Assembly: GCA_019116585.1 (NCBI GenBank)
Contig: DXBJ01000013.1
Coordinates: 5,799 to 69,798, forward strand
Origin: Candidatus Faecalibacterium gallistercoris
GTDB taxonomy: Bacteria > Bacillota > Clostridia > Oscillospirales > Ruminococcaceae
Direction of reading: 5' to 3'
Length of the DNA stretch: 64,000 bases
The notes beneath the pieces are model-generated. The model did no database searches. It was not told where the DNA came from and saw only the letters and a program-made list of their open reading frames with translations. This document shows positions 33,981 to 43,139 of this stretch, piece after piece. The first letter of the stretch is position 1. Each line of letters opens with the position of its first letter. Both the position numbers and the translations under genes were made by a program.

Positions 33981-36900
33981 TTACTTGTACAGCTCCACCA
34001 GGCGGGTCAGGTGCTCGTAGCGGGCCTCGGCGGCCTTCTGGTTCTCGGCGAACAGCTTCTGTGCACGCTCGGGGAAGGCGCGGGTCAGGCGGCTGTAACG
34101 GGTCTCGGTGGCCAGCAGGTTCTGGTACTTCTCGCCGTCCACGGCCTTGGAGGTCAGGGTGAAGGGGTTCTTGCCCTGGGCCTTGAGAGCCGGGTTGAAG
34201 GTGAACAGGTTCCAGTAGCCGGACTCAACAGCCTTCTTCATCTCGTTCTGGCAGTTGGTCATGCCGCCCTTGATGCCGTGCAGCTCGCAGGGAGCGTAGC
34301 CGATGATCAGGGACGGGCCGGGGTAAGCCTCGGCCTCCGAGATGGCCTTGATCGCCTGGTTGGGGTTGGCGCCCAGGGCGATCTGGGCCACGTAGATGTA
34401 GCCGTAGGTCATGCAGATCTCAGACAGGCTCTTCTTGCTGATTTCCTTGCCGGCGGCTGCGAACTGGCAGACCTCGCCGATGTTGGAGGCCTTGGAAGCC
34501 TGTCCGCCGGTGTTGGAGTACATCTCGGTGTCGAAGACCATGACGTTGACATCCTCGCCGGAAGCCAGGACGTGGTCCAGGCCGCCGTAGCCGATGTCGT
34601 ATGCCCAGCCGTCGCCGCCGAAGATCCAGACCGACTTCTTGGCGATGTACTGCTTGTTCTTCAGGACCTCAGCGGACTTCTCGCAGCCTGCGGCAGCGGC
34701 CTTCTCCAGCTCGGCGATCAGGGCCTTGGCGGGAGCGTCGTTGGCGCGGGTGTTGTTCTTGGTCTCGATGAACTTGGCGTAAGCAGCCTTCATATCCTCC
34801 GAAGCCTTGTCCGAGCTGACGATCTCGTCGATCTCGCGGATCAGGTTCTCACGGATGGTCTTCTGGCCCAGATACAGGCCCAGGCCGTGCTCGGCGTTGT
34901 CCTCGAACAGGGAGTTGATCCAGGCGGGACCATGGCCGCTGTCCTTGTTGACGGTGTAGGGAGAGATGGCCGCGGTGCCGCCCCAGATGGAGGAGCAGCC
35001 GGTGGCGTTGGTGATGTACATCTTCTCACCGAACAGCTGGGTGATCAGACGTGCATAAGAAGTCTCGGCGCAGCCGGCGCAGGAGCCCGAGAACTCCAGC
35101 AGGGGCTGGTTGAACTGAGAGCCGATGACGGTGTCGTCCGCAAACTTGCTGGGCTTCTTGGAGATGTTGGCCACGCAGTAGTCGAACACTTCCTGCTCGG
35201 CAGCCTGGCTCTCCTGCGGGACCATGGTGATGGCCTTGGTGGGGCAGACGGTGACGCACTCGCCGCAGCCCATGCAGTCCAGCGGAGAAACAGCCATGAC
35301 GAACTTGTACTCGTTGGCGGGCTTGTTGTCGCGGTACTTGGTCTGCTTGGGAGCGGCAGCCAGCTCTTCCGCGGTCAGCTGGAAGGGACGGATGGTCGCG
35401 TGCGAGCAGACGAAGGCGCACTGGTTGCAGCCCACGCACTTGGCGGCATCCCACTCGGGGACGGTGACGGCGGTGCCGCGCTTCTCATAAGCGGAAGCGC
35501 CCTGCTCCCACTGGCCGTTGGCGTTGTGGGCGAAGGCGGAGACAGGCAGGCTGTCGCCGTCCATGCGGGCGATGGGCTCCATCACGTCGCGGATCTGCTT
35601 GACCAGCTCGGGACGGCCGGCCAGCTCCTTGGGAGCGGGATCGGCGTCGGGGTTGGACCAGCTTGCGGGGACCTCCACCTTGTGGATGGCGTCCACGCCG
35701 GCGTCGATGGCCTTCCAGTTCATTTCGACAACGTCCTGGCCCTTCTTGCCGTAGCTCTTCTGGGCGGCCTGCTTCATGAACTTGATGGCGTCGTCGATGG
35801 ACATGACCTCAGCCAGCTTGAAGAAAGCGGACTGCAGGATGGTGTTGGTGCGCTTGCCCATGCCGATCTCGATGGCCTTGTCGATGGCGTTGATGGTGTA
35901 CAGCTGGATGTTGTTGTCCGCGATGTACTTCTTGGCCTCGGCGTTCAGGTGGTGAGCCAGCTCCTCATCGGTCCACTGGCAGTTGATCATGAACACGCCG
36001 CCGGGCTTGACGTCCTGGACCATCTTCATGCCCATGTTGACGTAAGCGGGGTTGTGGCAGGCCACGAAGTCGGCCTGGTTGATGTAGTAGGGGCTGCGGA
36101 TGGGCTTGTCGCCAAAGCGCAGGTGGCTGATGGTGACGCCGCCGGTCTTCTTCGAGTCATACTGGAAGTAGGCCTGGACGTACTTGTCGGTGTGGTCGCC
36201 GATGATCTTGACCGAGTTCTTGTTGGCGCCGACGGTGCCGTCGCCGCCCAGACCCCAGAACTTGCACTCCTTGGTGCCCTCTGCGGCGGTGATGGGGGCG
36301 GGCTTGATCTCGGGCAGGGACAGGAAGGTCACATCGTCGGTGATGCCGATGGTGAACCGCTCCTTGGGCTGATCCTTGGCCAGCTCGGTGTAAACGGCGA
36401 AGATGGAGGACGGCGGGGTGTCCTTGCTGCCCAGGCCGTAGCGGCCGCCGGTGACGACGATGTCGTTCTTGCCGGCCTCACGCAGGGTAGCGGCCACATC
36501 CAGGTACAGGGGCTCGCCCAGGGCGCCGGGCTCCTTGGTGCGGTCCAGCACGGCGATCTTCTTGGTGGTCTCGGGCAGGACCTTCAGCAGGGAAGCGGAG
36601 ACCCAGGGACGGTACAGGCGGACCTTGACGATGCCGACCTTCTCGCCGCGGGCGTTCAGGTAGTCGATGACCTCGTCGGCCACGTCGCAGATGGAGCCCA
36701 TGGCCACGATGACGCGGTCGGCGTCGGGTGCGCCGTAGTAGTTGAACAGGTCGTAGTTAGTGCCGATCTTCTCGTTGATCTTGGCCATGTACTTCTCAAC
36801 GATGGCGGGCAGGGCATTGTAGACCGAGTTGCAGGCCTCACGATGCTGGAAGAAGACGTCGCCGTTCTCGTGGGAGCCGCGCATCTTGGGGTTCTCGGGG

Positions 36901-37526
36901 TTCAGGGCGTTCTTGCGGAACTCCTCCACCGCCTCCATGTTGCACATTTCCTTCAGGTCGGCGTAGTCCCACTTCTCGATCTTCTGGTACTCATGCGAAG
37001 TACGGAAGCCGTCGAAGAAGTTCAGGAAGGGCACATGGCCCTCGATGGCGCACAGGTGGGCCACAGGGGACAGGTCCATGACCTCCTGGACCGAGCTCTC
37101 GGCCAGCATGGCAAAGCCGGTCTGGCGGCAGGCCATGACGTCGCTGTGATCGCCGAAGATGTTCAGCGCCTGGGTCGCGACGGTACGGGCCGACACGTCA
37201 AAGACGCAGGGCAGCTGCTCGGCTGCGATCTTGTACATGTTGGGGATCATCAGCAGCAGACCCTGGGAAGCGGTGAAGGTGGTGGTGATAGCGCCTGCAC
37301 CCAGTGCGCCGTGAACAGCGCCTGCGGCGCCGGCCTCAGACTCCATCTCGACGACCTTGACCTGGTTGCCGAAGATATTCTTCTGGCCTGCTGCGGACCA
37401 CTGGTCCACCGAGTCAGCCATCGGAGAAGAAGGGGTAATCGGATAGATGGCAGCAACGTCGGTAAACGCATAAGCTACATGCGCGGCCGCGGTGTTGCCA
37501 TCCATGGTTTGCTTTGCTCTAGGCAT
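33981..37526 (-). CDS. nifJ: Pyruvate:ferredoxin (flavodoxin) oxidoreductase
   Basis: 1181 aa from MPRAKQTMDGNTAAAHVAYAFTDVAAIYPITPSSPMAD. Two 4Fe-4S ferredoxin motifs (CVGCNQCAFVC, CMGCGECVTVCP) and a TPP domain (GGDGWAYDIG). GGAGGAAG RBS. Confidence 0.95.
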   Translation of the reverse strand: MPRAKQTMDGNTAAAHVAYAFTDVAAIYPITPSSPMADSVDQWSAAGQKNIFGNQVKVVEMESEAGAAGAVHGALGAGAITTTFTASQGLLLMIPNMYKIAAEQLPCVFDVSARTVATQALNIFGDHSDVMACRQTGFAMLAESSVQEVMDLSPVAHLCAIEGHVPFLNFFDGFRTSHEYQKIEKWDYADLKEMCNMEAVEEFRKNALNPENPKMRGSHENGDVFFQHREACNSVYNALPAIVEKYMAKINEKIGTNYDLFNYYGAPDADRVIVAMGSICDVADEVIDYLNARGEKVGIVKVRLYRPWVSASLLKVLPETTKKIAVLDRTKEPGALGEPLYLDVAATLREAGKNDIVVTGGRYGLGSKDTPPSSIFAVYTELAKDQPKERFTIGITDDVTFLSLPEIKPAPITAAEGTKECKFWGLGGDGTVGANKNSVKIIGDHTDKYVQAYFQYDSKKTGGVTISHLRFGDKPIRSPYYINQADFVACHNPAYVNMGMKMVQDVKPGGVFMINCQWTDEELAHHLNAEAKKYIADNNIQLYTINAIDKAIEIGMGKRTNTILQSAFFKLAEVMSIDDAIKFMKQAAQKSYGKKGQDVVEMNWKAIDAGVDAIHKVEVPASWSNPDADPAPKELAGRPELVKQIRDVMEPIARMDGDSLPVSAFAHNANGQWEQGASAYEKRGTAVTVPEWDAAKCVGCNQCAFVCSHATIRPFQLTAEELAAAPKQTKYRDNKPANEYKFVMAVSPLDCMGCGECVTVCPTKAITMVPQESQAAEQEVFDYCVANISKKPSKFADDTVIGSQFNQPLLEFSGSCAGCAETSYARLITQLFGEKMYITNATGCSSIWGGTAAISPYTVNKDSGHGPAWINSLFEDNAEHGLGLYLGQKTIRENLIREIDEIVSSDKASEDMKAAYAKFIETKNNTRANDAPAKALIAELEKAAAAGCEKSAEVLKNKQYIAKKSVWIFGGDGWAYDIGYGGLDHVLASGEDVNVMVFDTEMYSNTGGQASKASNIGEVCQFAAAGKEISKKSLSEICMTYGYIYVAQIALGANPNQAIKAISEAEAYPGPSLIIGYAPCELHGIKGGMTNCQNEMKKAVESGYWNLFTFNPALKAQGKNPFTLTSKAVDGEKYQNLLATETRYSRLTRAFPERAQKLFAENQKAAEARYEHLTRLVELYK

Positions 37527-37823
37527 TTTTCTTCCTCCATTACTTTTTATTGGGCTGCCCGCCGTGCCGGCGCGGTCTGCGCCGGCTGGCTGCCCTAGGG
37601 GTACTTGCGGAACAATGCGCCGTCTGCAGGGCCCGCCTACAGGAAGGCATGATTGCTCATATATTATAATAGCAAATTCGGGGCGCAAAGTAAACGCAAT
37701 CTGTCTGGTAAAACACACCAATAATTCACTTGAATTTTTGTGCGGTTTTTATCTTTTCCCCATGCAGTTCCCTCTGATTTTGCCGCTTTGGGCCAAAAGG
37801 CGCCCCCATCGCGCCCCGGACGG

Positions 37824-37908
37824 TTGACAGCCCGCCCGCCGGCGGGTAAACTGAAGGTGGAAAAAAGCCGCGCAGCTGTTTTTCCACCGTTTCAACCTGT
37901 TTTCCACC
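37824..37908 (+). promoter_or_regulatory. Putative promoter followed by three DnaA-box-like sites
   Basis: TTGACA (37824), 17-nt spacer, TAAACT (37847). Then GGTGGAAAA 37856, TTTTCCACC 37880 and TTTTCCACC 37900, upstream of the NUDIX gene. Confidence 0.45.
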
Positions 37909-37974
37909 CGCGGACGGGCCGGCCCGCCGCGCCGTTGGGAGCAGCCGCCGGCTGTGCACAGAAAGGGGACCTGT

Positions 37975-38523
37975 ATGGAAACGCATTTTGAAAAAACGCT
38001 CGAGAGCCAAACCGTATACGAGGGCCGGGTCATCACCGTCACACGGGACACCGCCCTGCTGGAGGACGGCACCACCGCCCTGCGGGACGTGGTCCACCAC
38101 CACGGCGGCGCCTGCATCCTGCCTTACTACGAGGACGGGACCATCTGCATGGTGCGGCAGTTCCGCTACGCCATGCAGCAGGAGCTGTGGGAGCTGCCCG
38201 CCGGCAAGCTGGAGGCCGGCGAGGACCCCTTTGAGGCCGCCAAGCGGGAGCTGACCGAGGAGTGCGGCGTCTATGCCGACGAATACATCTCCCTGGGGCA
38301 GGTGTACCCCACCGTCGGCTACGACACCGAAGTCATCTACATCTGGGCTGCCCGGGGGCTGCACCCCGCCCCCATGCACCTGGACGCCGACGAGTTCCTC
38401 ACCCCCGAGCGCATCCCCCTGGCCCAGGCCTACGAAATGGTCCTGTCCGGCGAGATCAAGGACGCCAAGACGGTGGCCGGCATCCTGAAATTCAAGGCCA
38501 TGCTGGACGACAAAAAGATCTGA
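37975..38523 (+). CDS. NUDIX hydrolase (ADP-ribose pyrophosphatase-like)
   Basis: Nudix box GKLEAGEDPFEAAKRELTEECG. 182 aa from METHFEK. Confidence 0.85.
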   Translation: METHFEKTLESQTVYEGRVITVTRDTALLEDGTTALRDVVHHHGGACILPYYEDGTICMVRQFRYAMQQELWELPAGKLEAGEDPFEAAKRELTEECGVYADEYISLGQVYPTVGYDTEVIYIWAARGLHPAPMHLDADEFLTPERIPLAQAYEMVLSGEIKDAKTVAGILKFKAMLDDKKI

Positions 38524-38546
38524 CCGCACCCGTCCCGAACCGGAAC

Positions 38547-38595
38547 CAAAACGGCTCCCTCCTCCGCGCAGCGCGGGGAAGGGAGCCGTTTGTCA
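38547..38595. terminator. Bidirectional terminator between convergent NUDIX and ABC genes
   Basis: AACGGCTCCCT ... AGGGAGCCGTT stem with flanking A and T runs. Confidence 0.65.
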
Positions 38596-38601
38596 TACTT
38601 A

Positions 38602-41600
38602 TCACTCACTCCGCAGGGCCACCACGGGGTCTTTTTTGGCCGCGCTGCGGGAGGGGATCAGGCCCGAGATCAGGGTCAGCAGGACGCTGATGCCCACGAG
38701 GACCACCGCGGCGGGCAGCGGCAGGACCGCATAAATGTTGCGGATGCCGCTGAGGGACTGCATCACCGCGCTGATGGGGATGCAGAGGAAGTAGGTGACC
38801 ACCACGCCGATGAGCCCCGACGAAAAGCCGATGATGACCGTCTCGGCGTTGAACATGACCGAGACGTCCCGCTTGGAGGCGCCGATGGCCCGCAGGATGC
38901 CGATCTCCCGCGTGCGCTCCTGGACCGAGATCAGGGTGATGACCCCGATCATGATGGAGGAGACCACCAGCGAGATGGCCACAAAGGCCACCAGCACATA
39001 GGTAATGGCGTTGATGATGGAGGTGACGGTGGACATCAGCAGGCCCACATAGTCGGTGTAGGAGATCTGGTGCAGCTCGTCCCGGGTGGCGTTGTAGCCG
39101 GCGATGACCTGCTCGATGGTGTCCTTGCTGTTGAAGGAAGCCGCGTACAGGTTGATGGCCGAGGGGGACTCCAGGTCGATGCAGCCCATGGCGGTGAGGT
39201 TGCCCTCATAGGTCGAGTCGGAGAACTGCATCACCGTCTCGTAATAGGCCGCCCACTGGTCGGGGGTGTAGCCGTCCATCGCCAGCTCCAGGGCGCTGGC
39301 CTTTTGGGCGTCGGGCAGCAGGGCCAGCTGGGCCTGCACCTGCTGGGCGTACTGGCTTTCCATCTGGGTGGTCAGCATCTGGGAGAAGGTGGACCGCAGG
39401 TCCTCGTCGCTCATCCCGCTCACGTAGCTGTCGATCTGCTCCTGACTGACGCTCATCTGCTGGGTGAGGACCGAGGACAGGGTGGAGATGATCTCCTCCC
39501 GGCTCATGCCGCCCAGCATCTCGTCCACCTGCCGGCCGATCAGCTCCTGGTCGGGCAGGCTCATGATCTGGACGTAGACCCCGGCCTTGCCCGCCTGGTC
39601 CAGGCCGGCGATATAATCCCGCAGCTCCTGTTCCTTTTCCGCTTTGGTCAGGCTGTCCGCCCGGGAGGCGAAAGGCAGCCCGGTCAGGACGTCCCGGCTG
39701 GGGTCGGCCTTCTGGGCCGCCACCGCGTCGGACTGGTCGGCCTGCTCCACGATGTAGTCGATCAGGCCGGAGGTATAGCAGATCTTACCCGACAGCATCC
39801 CGTTCTCCACATCGGGGCTCTTGCGGATGATGCCGGTGACCTGCAGCCGGAGGGCGTTGTCATAGAGGTATTTCAGGCCGGCATCGGTCTGGCGCAGGTC
39901 GTTGTAAAGGCCGGTGCCGGCGTCGTAGCTGTAGCAGGACGAGGGCAGGATCACCCGGTAATCCTGGGCGCAGATCTCCTCGTAGGTCCACCGGTCCTGC
40001 CGGACGGTGCCGGTGTCCCTGCCGTCGGCGATGGCCTGCATCTCCTCTTCGGGGATCAGCCCCAGGGCGTACAGGGTCATGTCGTCCAGCTCGTTGTTTT
40101 CGTCCACCACCAGGACCACCTGGTCGTAGCTGGCGGGCCAGGAGCCATAGATCAGCTCGTACTGATGGGTGATCAGGGGGTTGACCGGCGCGCCGTTCTC
40201 CCCGGGCAGCAGCTCCTGCCAGAGGGTCATCATGCCGCCGCCCATCACCGAGGACATCCCCGACGCAGTGTACATCTGCCCGTAGGTGGAGTTCTGGTCC
40301 AAACCGGTCATCCAGGAGGCCGAGGCGGCGTCCGCCCCCATCACCGAGATCAGCAGCTTCTGGATCATCTGGGTGGTGTCCGACTGTATGATGCTGCCGT
40401 CGGCGGTGCGGGTGTAGACCTGGGGGCTGATGCTGTAGGAATACTGCATCCCGCTCAGGGCGCTGCGGAGGGGCGACGCCGGGTCGGCCAGCTGCTCTTC
40501 CAGATAACGCTTGAAGCTCTTCAGGTCGTTTTGCGCCACGTCCAGATTGTACACCGCCGAGACCAGCTCCCGCACCGCCGGGCGCTCGTAGACCGCGTCC
40601 TTCTGGTGGGCGTCCTGCTCGGTCTGCAGGTTCATGAAGGTCTGGATCAGGCTGGTCAGGTCGATGCTGGTGGCCTGGATGGACAGGGGATAGGCCGAGA
40701 GGGCGTTTTCCTGCATGACGTTGATGTAGTCGGTCATGCCCCGGGACACCGAGAGGATCAGCGCGATGCCGATGATGCCGATGGACCCCGCAAAGGCGGT
40801 CAGGGTGGTGCGGCCCTTTTTGGTGAACAGATTTTTGAGGGACAGCCCGAACGAGGTCAGCAGGGACATGGAGGGCTTGCGGATCTTTTTGCCACGGGTG
40901 GCCTCCAGCTCGGCGGCGTCGGCGGCCCGCTCGGCCTCCAGCTCGGCAGGGGACAGGGGGTTCGAGTCGCTGGTCAGCTCGCCGTCCAGCACCCGGATGA
41001 TGCGGGAGGAATACTGCTCCGCAAGGGCCGGGTTGTGGGTGACCATGACGATCAGCCGGTCGCGGCTGATCTCCTTCAGCAGGTCCATGACCTGGACGCT
41101 GGTCTCGGTGTCCAGGGCGCCGGTGGGCTCGTCGGCCAGGATGATGTCGGGGTTATTGACGATTGCCCGGGCAATGGCCACCCGCTGCATCTGGCCGCCG
41201 GACATCTCGCTGGGCCGCTTGAACAGCTGGCTGCCCAGGCCCACCTTTTCCAGCGCATCGATGGCCCGGTCCCGCCGCTCGGCCCGGCTGACCCCCGACA
41301 GGGTCAGGGCCAGCTCCACGTTCCGCAGCACCGTCTGGTGGGGGATCAGGTTGTAGCTCTGGAACACGAACCCCACCGAGTGGTTCCGGTAGGCGTCCCA
41401 GTCCCGGTCCTGGAAGGATTTGGTGGAGCGCCCGTTGATGATCAGGTCGCCGTCGGTGTACTGGTCCAGGCCGCCGATGATGTTCAGCAGGGTGGTCTTG
41501 CCGCAGCCCGACGGGCCCAGGATGGACACGAACTCCGAGCGCCGGAACTGGATGCTGACCCCTTTCAGGGCGTGGACGACGGTGGCGCCCATGGGATAAT

Positions 41601-41628
41601 CTTTTTTGATGTTGCGTAATTCAAGCAT
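38602..41628 (-). CDS. Fused ABC transporter ATP-binding protein / FtsX-family permease (MacB-like)
   Basis: N-terminal Walker A GPSGCGKTT, signature SGGQMQRVAIARA, Walker B ILADEPTGALD. Large extracytoplasmic region and C-terminal FtsX-type TM bundle. 1008 aa. Confidence 0.85.
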   Translation of the reverse strand: MLELRNIKKDYPMGATVVHALKGVSIQFRRSEFVSILGPSGCGKTTLLNIIGGLDQYTDGDLIINGRSTKSFQDRDWDAYRNHSVGFVFQSYNLIPHQTVLRNVELALTLSGVSRAERRDRAIDALEKVGLGSQLFKRPSEMSGGQMQRVAIARAIVNNPDIILADEPTGALDTETSVQVMDLLKEISRDRLIVMVTHNPALAEQYSSRIIRVLDGELTSDSNPLSPAELEAERAADAAELEATRGKKIRKPSMSLLTSFGLSLKNLFTKKGRTTLTAFAGSIGIIGIALILSVSRGMTDYINVMQENALSAYPLSIQATSIDLTSLIQTFMNLQTEQDAHQKDAVYERPAVRELVSAVYNLDVAQNDLKSFKRYLEEQLADPASPLRSALSGMQYSYSISPQVYTRTADGSIIQSDTTQMIQKLLISVMGADAASASWMTGLDQNSTYGQMYTASGMSSVMGGGMMTLWQELLPGENGAPVNPLITHQYELIYGSWPASYDQVVLVVDENNELDDMTLYALGLIPEEEMQAIADGRDTGTVRQDRWTYEEICAQDYRVILPSSCYSYDAGTGLYNDLRQTDAGLKYLYDNALRLQVTGIIRKSPDVENGMLSGKICYTSGLIDYIVEQADQSDAVAAQKADPSRDVLTGLPFASRADSLTKAEKEQELRDYIAGLDQAGKAGVYVQIMSLPDQELIGRQVDEMLGGMSREEIISTLSSVLTQQMSVSQEQIDSYVSGMSDEDLRSTFSQMLTTQMESQYAQQVQAQLALLPDAQKASALELAMDGYTPDQWAAYYETVMQFSDSTYEGNLTAMGCIDLESPSAINLYAASFNSKDTIEQVIAGYNATRDELHQISYTDYVGLLMSTVTSIINAITYVLVAFVAISLVVSSIMIGVITLISVQERTREIGILRAIGASKRDVSVMFNAETVIIGFSSGLIGVVVTYFLCIPISAVMQSLSGIRNIYAVLPLPAAVVLVGISVLLTLISGLIPSRSAAKKDPVVALRSE

Positions 41629-41839
41629 AGCGGTACATTTTCACCTTGTTCGGCCGGGGCCTGTGCGCGGCGGCGCATCCGGCGCATGGTCCTACCCGGG
41701 CTTTTCTGCGCTCAGCCGTCGAAACCTGCGGCCCCCGTCAGCCCGCAGGCCGTTGTGTGGATCAAACTTGTGTGTAGTATACCGCAGAATTGTGAACGTT
41801 TTTTTGACGTTTCGAGCAGCAGCCGTGAAACTTTTGCCC

Positions 41840-42418
41840 TCACAGGGAGGAGATGAAGATCTCGACGCCGATCAGGATCAGGATGACGCCGCCCAGGATG
41901 GAGGCCTTGCCCGCCAGCCGGGTGCCGAACTTCCGCCCCAGGATCAGCCCTGCGGTGCAGATCACGAAGGTGACCGCCGCGATCACCGCCGCGCAGGCCA
42001 GCGCCATCAGGGGCCCGTACCCGGCGATGGTGAAGCCCACCGACAGCGCGTCGATGGAGGTCGCCACCCCCTGCAGGATCAGCCCGCCCTTGCTGACGGC
42101 CCCGGCCTCCTCCTCTTCGTTGGGGCGGATGCCTTCCAGCAGCATTTTGCCGCCGATGTAGGCCAGCAGGAGCAGGGCGATCCAGGGGATCAGGACGGTG
42201 AACCCCTCGAACAGCTGGAGCACCGTGTGGACGCAGATCCAGCCCAGCAGGGGCATCAGGGCCTGAAAGCCGGCAAACACCCCCGCGATGGTGAACATCC
42301 GGCGGCGGCTCATGCCCGGCTCGTTGAGGCCGTTGGCCAGCGACACCGAAAAGGCGTCCATGGCCAGGCCCACGCCCAGCAGTATACTATTGACAAAAAA
42401 ACGCAGACTCCATTCCAT
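41840..42418 (-). CDS. mntP: Manganese efflux pump MntP
   Basis: 193 aa from MEWSLRFFVNSILLGVGLAMDAFSVSLANG. The duplicated DAFSV / DALSV motifs are typical of MntP. GGAGGAA RBS. Confidence 0.85.
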   Translation of the reverse strand: MEWSLRFFVNSILLGVGLAMDAFSVSLANGLNEPGMSRRRMFTIAGVFAGFQALMPLLGWICVHTVLQLFEGFTVLIPWIALLLLAYIGGKMLLEGIRPNEEEEAGAVSKGGLILQGVATSIDALSVGFTIAGYGPLMALACAAVIAAVTFVICTAGLILGRKFGTRLAGKASILGGVILILIGVEIFISSL

Positions 42419-42447
42419 GATCGGTTCCTCCATGGCAGATTTTGGGC

Positions 42448-42482
42448 GCAAAAAACGGGCGCAGCGCCGGCGGCTGTGCCCG
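42448..42482 (-). terminator. Expression-platform terminator of the Mn2+ riboswitch
   Basis: Minus strand reads GGGCACAGC-CGCCGGC-GCTGCGCCC followed by GTTTTTTGCG, about 30 nt before the mntP RBS. Confidence 0.6.
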
Positions 42483-42542
42483 GAGGTCCGTTTGGTCAGG
42501 GAAGCAGACTCCATGTACACAGCATACGTCCGATGCTGAGGA

Positions 42543-42657
42543 CATGAGTCTCGCAACAGAAGGGCCGCATCGCCCCTCGTGGCAAGCCAGGCCCGCAGGC
42601 CAGTATGTTGACTTGCCGCGCCGGCCCTTTTGGCCCGGCGCTTGCTACTCCCTCATG
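42543..42657 (-). promoter_or_regulatory. yybP-ykoY (Mn2+) riboswitch aptamer
   Basis: Minus strand reads CATGAGGGAGTAGC...GGCAAGTCAACATAC...CTTGCC...TGTTGCGAGACTCATG. This matches the conserved GGGAGUAG and UCAACAUAC...GCGAGAC cores with a closing CATGAG/CTCATG P1. It sits directly upstream of mntP, the classic target. Confidence 0.75.
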
Positions 42658-42797
42658 GGTTCCTTTGCGGTTTACGGCCCTTAGCGTACCATATGGGGGC
42701 AGGGTTTGTCCATAGAAACCATGCCGCCTTGACTTTTTGCCCCCGATGCTCTATCATCCATTCCAGAGGACAGCCCCTGCGGGGGCGGAGGGAGGCA

Positions 42798-43085
42798 ATG
42801 TTCCGTATGTTCTGGCAGATTTTGGCCGTCTACCTGGCGGCGGTCAACCTGGCCGCCTTTGCGGCTTTCGGCATCGACAAATGGAAGGCGGTGCGCCAGC
42901 GCTGGCGCATCCCGGAGGCCACCCTGCTGGGCCTTGCCCTGGCAGGGGGCGCGCTGGGCGGCCTGGCGGGGATGCGGCTGTTCCATCACAAGACCCGCAA
43001 GGCGCGTTTTTTCGTGGGGCTGCCCGTGATGCTGGCGCTGCATCTCTGCATCCTCGGGGCCCTTCTCTTCCTGCCAAGGCAATAA
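42798..43085 (+). CDS. DUF1294 domain-containing membrane protein
   Basis: 95 aa, MFRMFWQILAVYLAAVNLAAFAAFGIDKWKAVRQRWRIPE...GMRLFHHKTRK pattern. GGAGGGAGG RBS before ATG 42798. Confidence 0.7.
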   Translation: MFRMFWQILAVYLAAVNLAAFAAFGIDKWKAVRQRWRIPEATLLGLALAGGALGGLAGMRLFHHKTRKARFFVGLPVMLALHLCILGALLFLPRQ

Positions 43086-43091
43086 AGCTCA

Positions 43092-43139
43092 AAAAGAGGG
43101 TATGGACACCACAAAGGTCCATACCCTCTTGCTCTTGTT
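43092..43139. terminator. Bidirectional terminator between DUF1294 gene and gyrA
   Basis: AAGAGGGTATGGAC ... GTCCATACCCTCTT 14-bp stem with an A-run before and a T-run after. Confidence 0.75.

Noticed and set aside
33723-37598. 1291-aa plus-strand ORF (and similar giants: 38590-41619 +, 27445-30045 -, 4608-6518 -, 43290-45845 +, 55973-58777 -, 21057-23306 +)
   Set aside because: All lie antisense to, or out of frame with, genes that have unmistakable conserved motifs (PFOR, ABC, heparinase-like, asparaginase, gyrA, mnmE, SBP). Their translations are low-complexity Gly/Ala/Arg/Pro/Val strings typical of stop-codon-poor frames in ~65% GC DNA.
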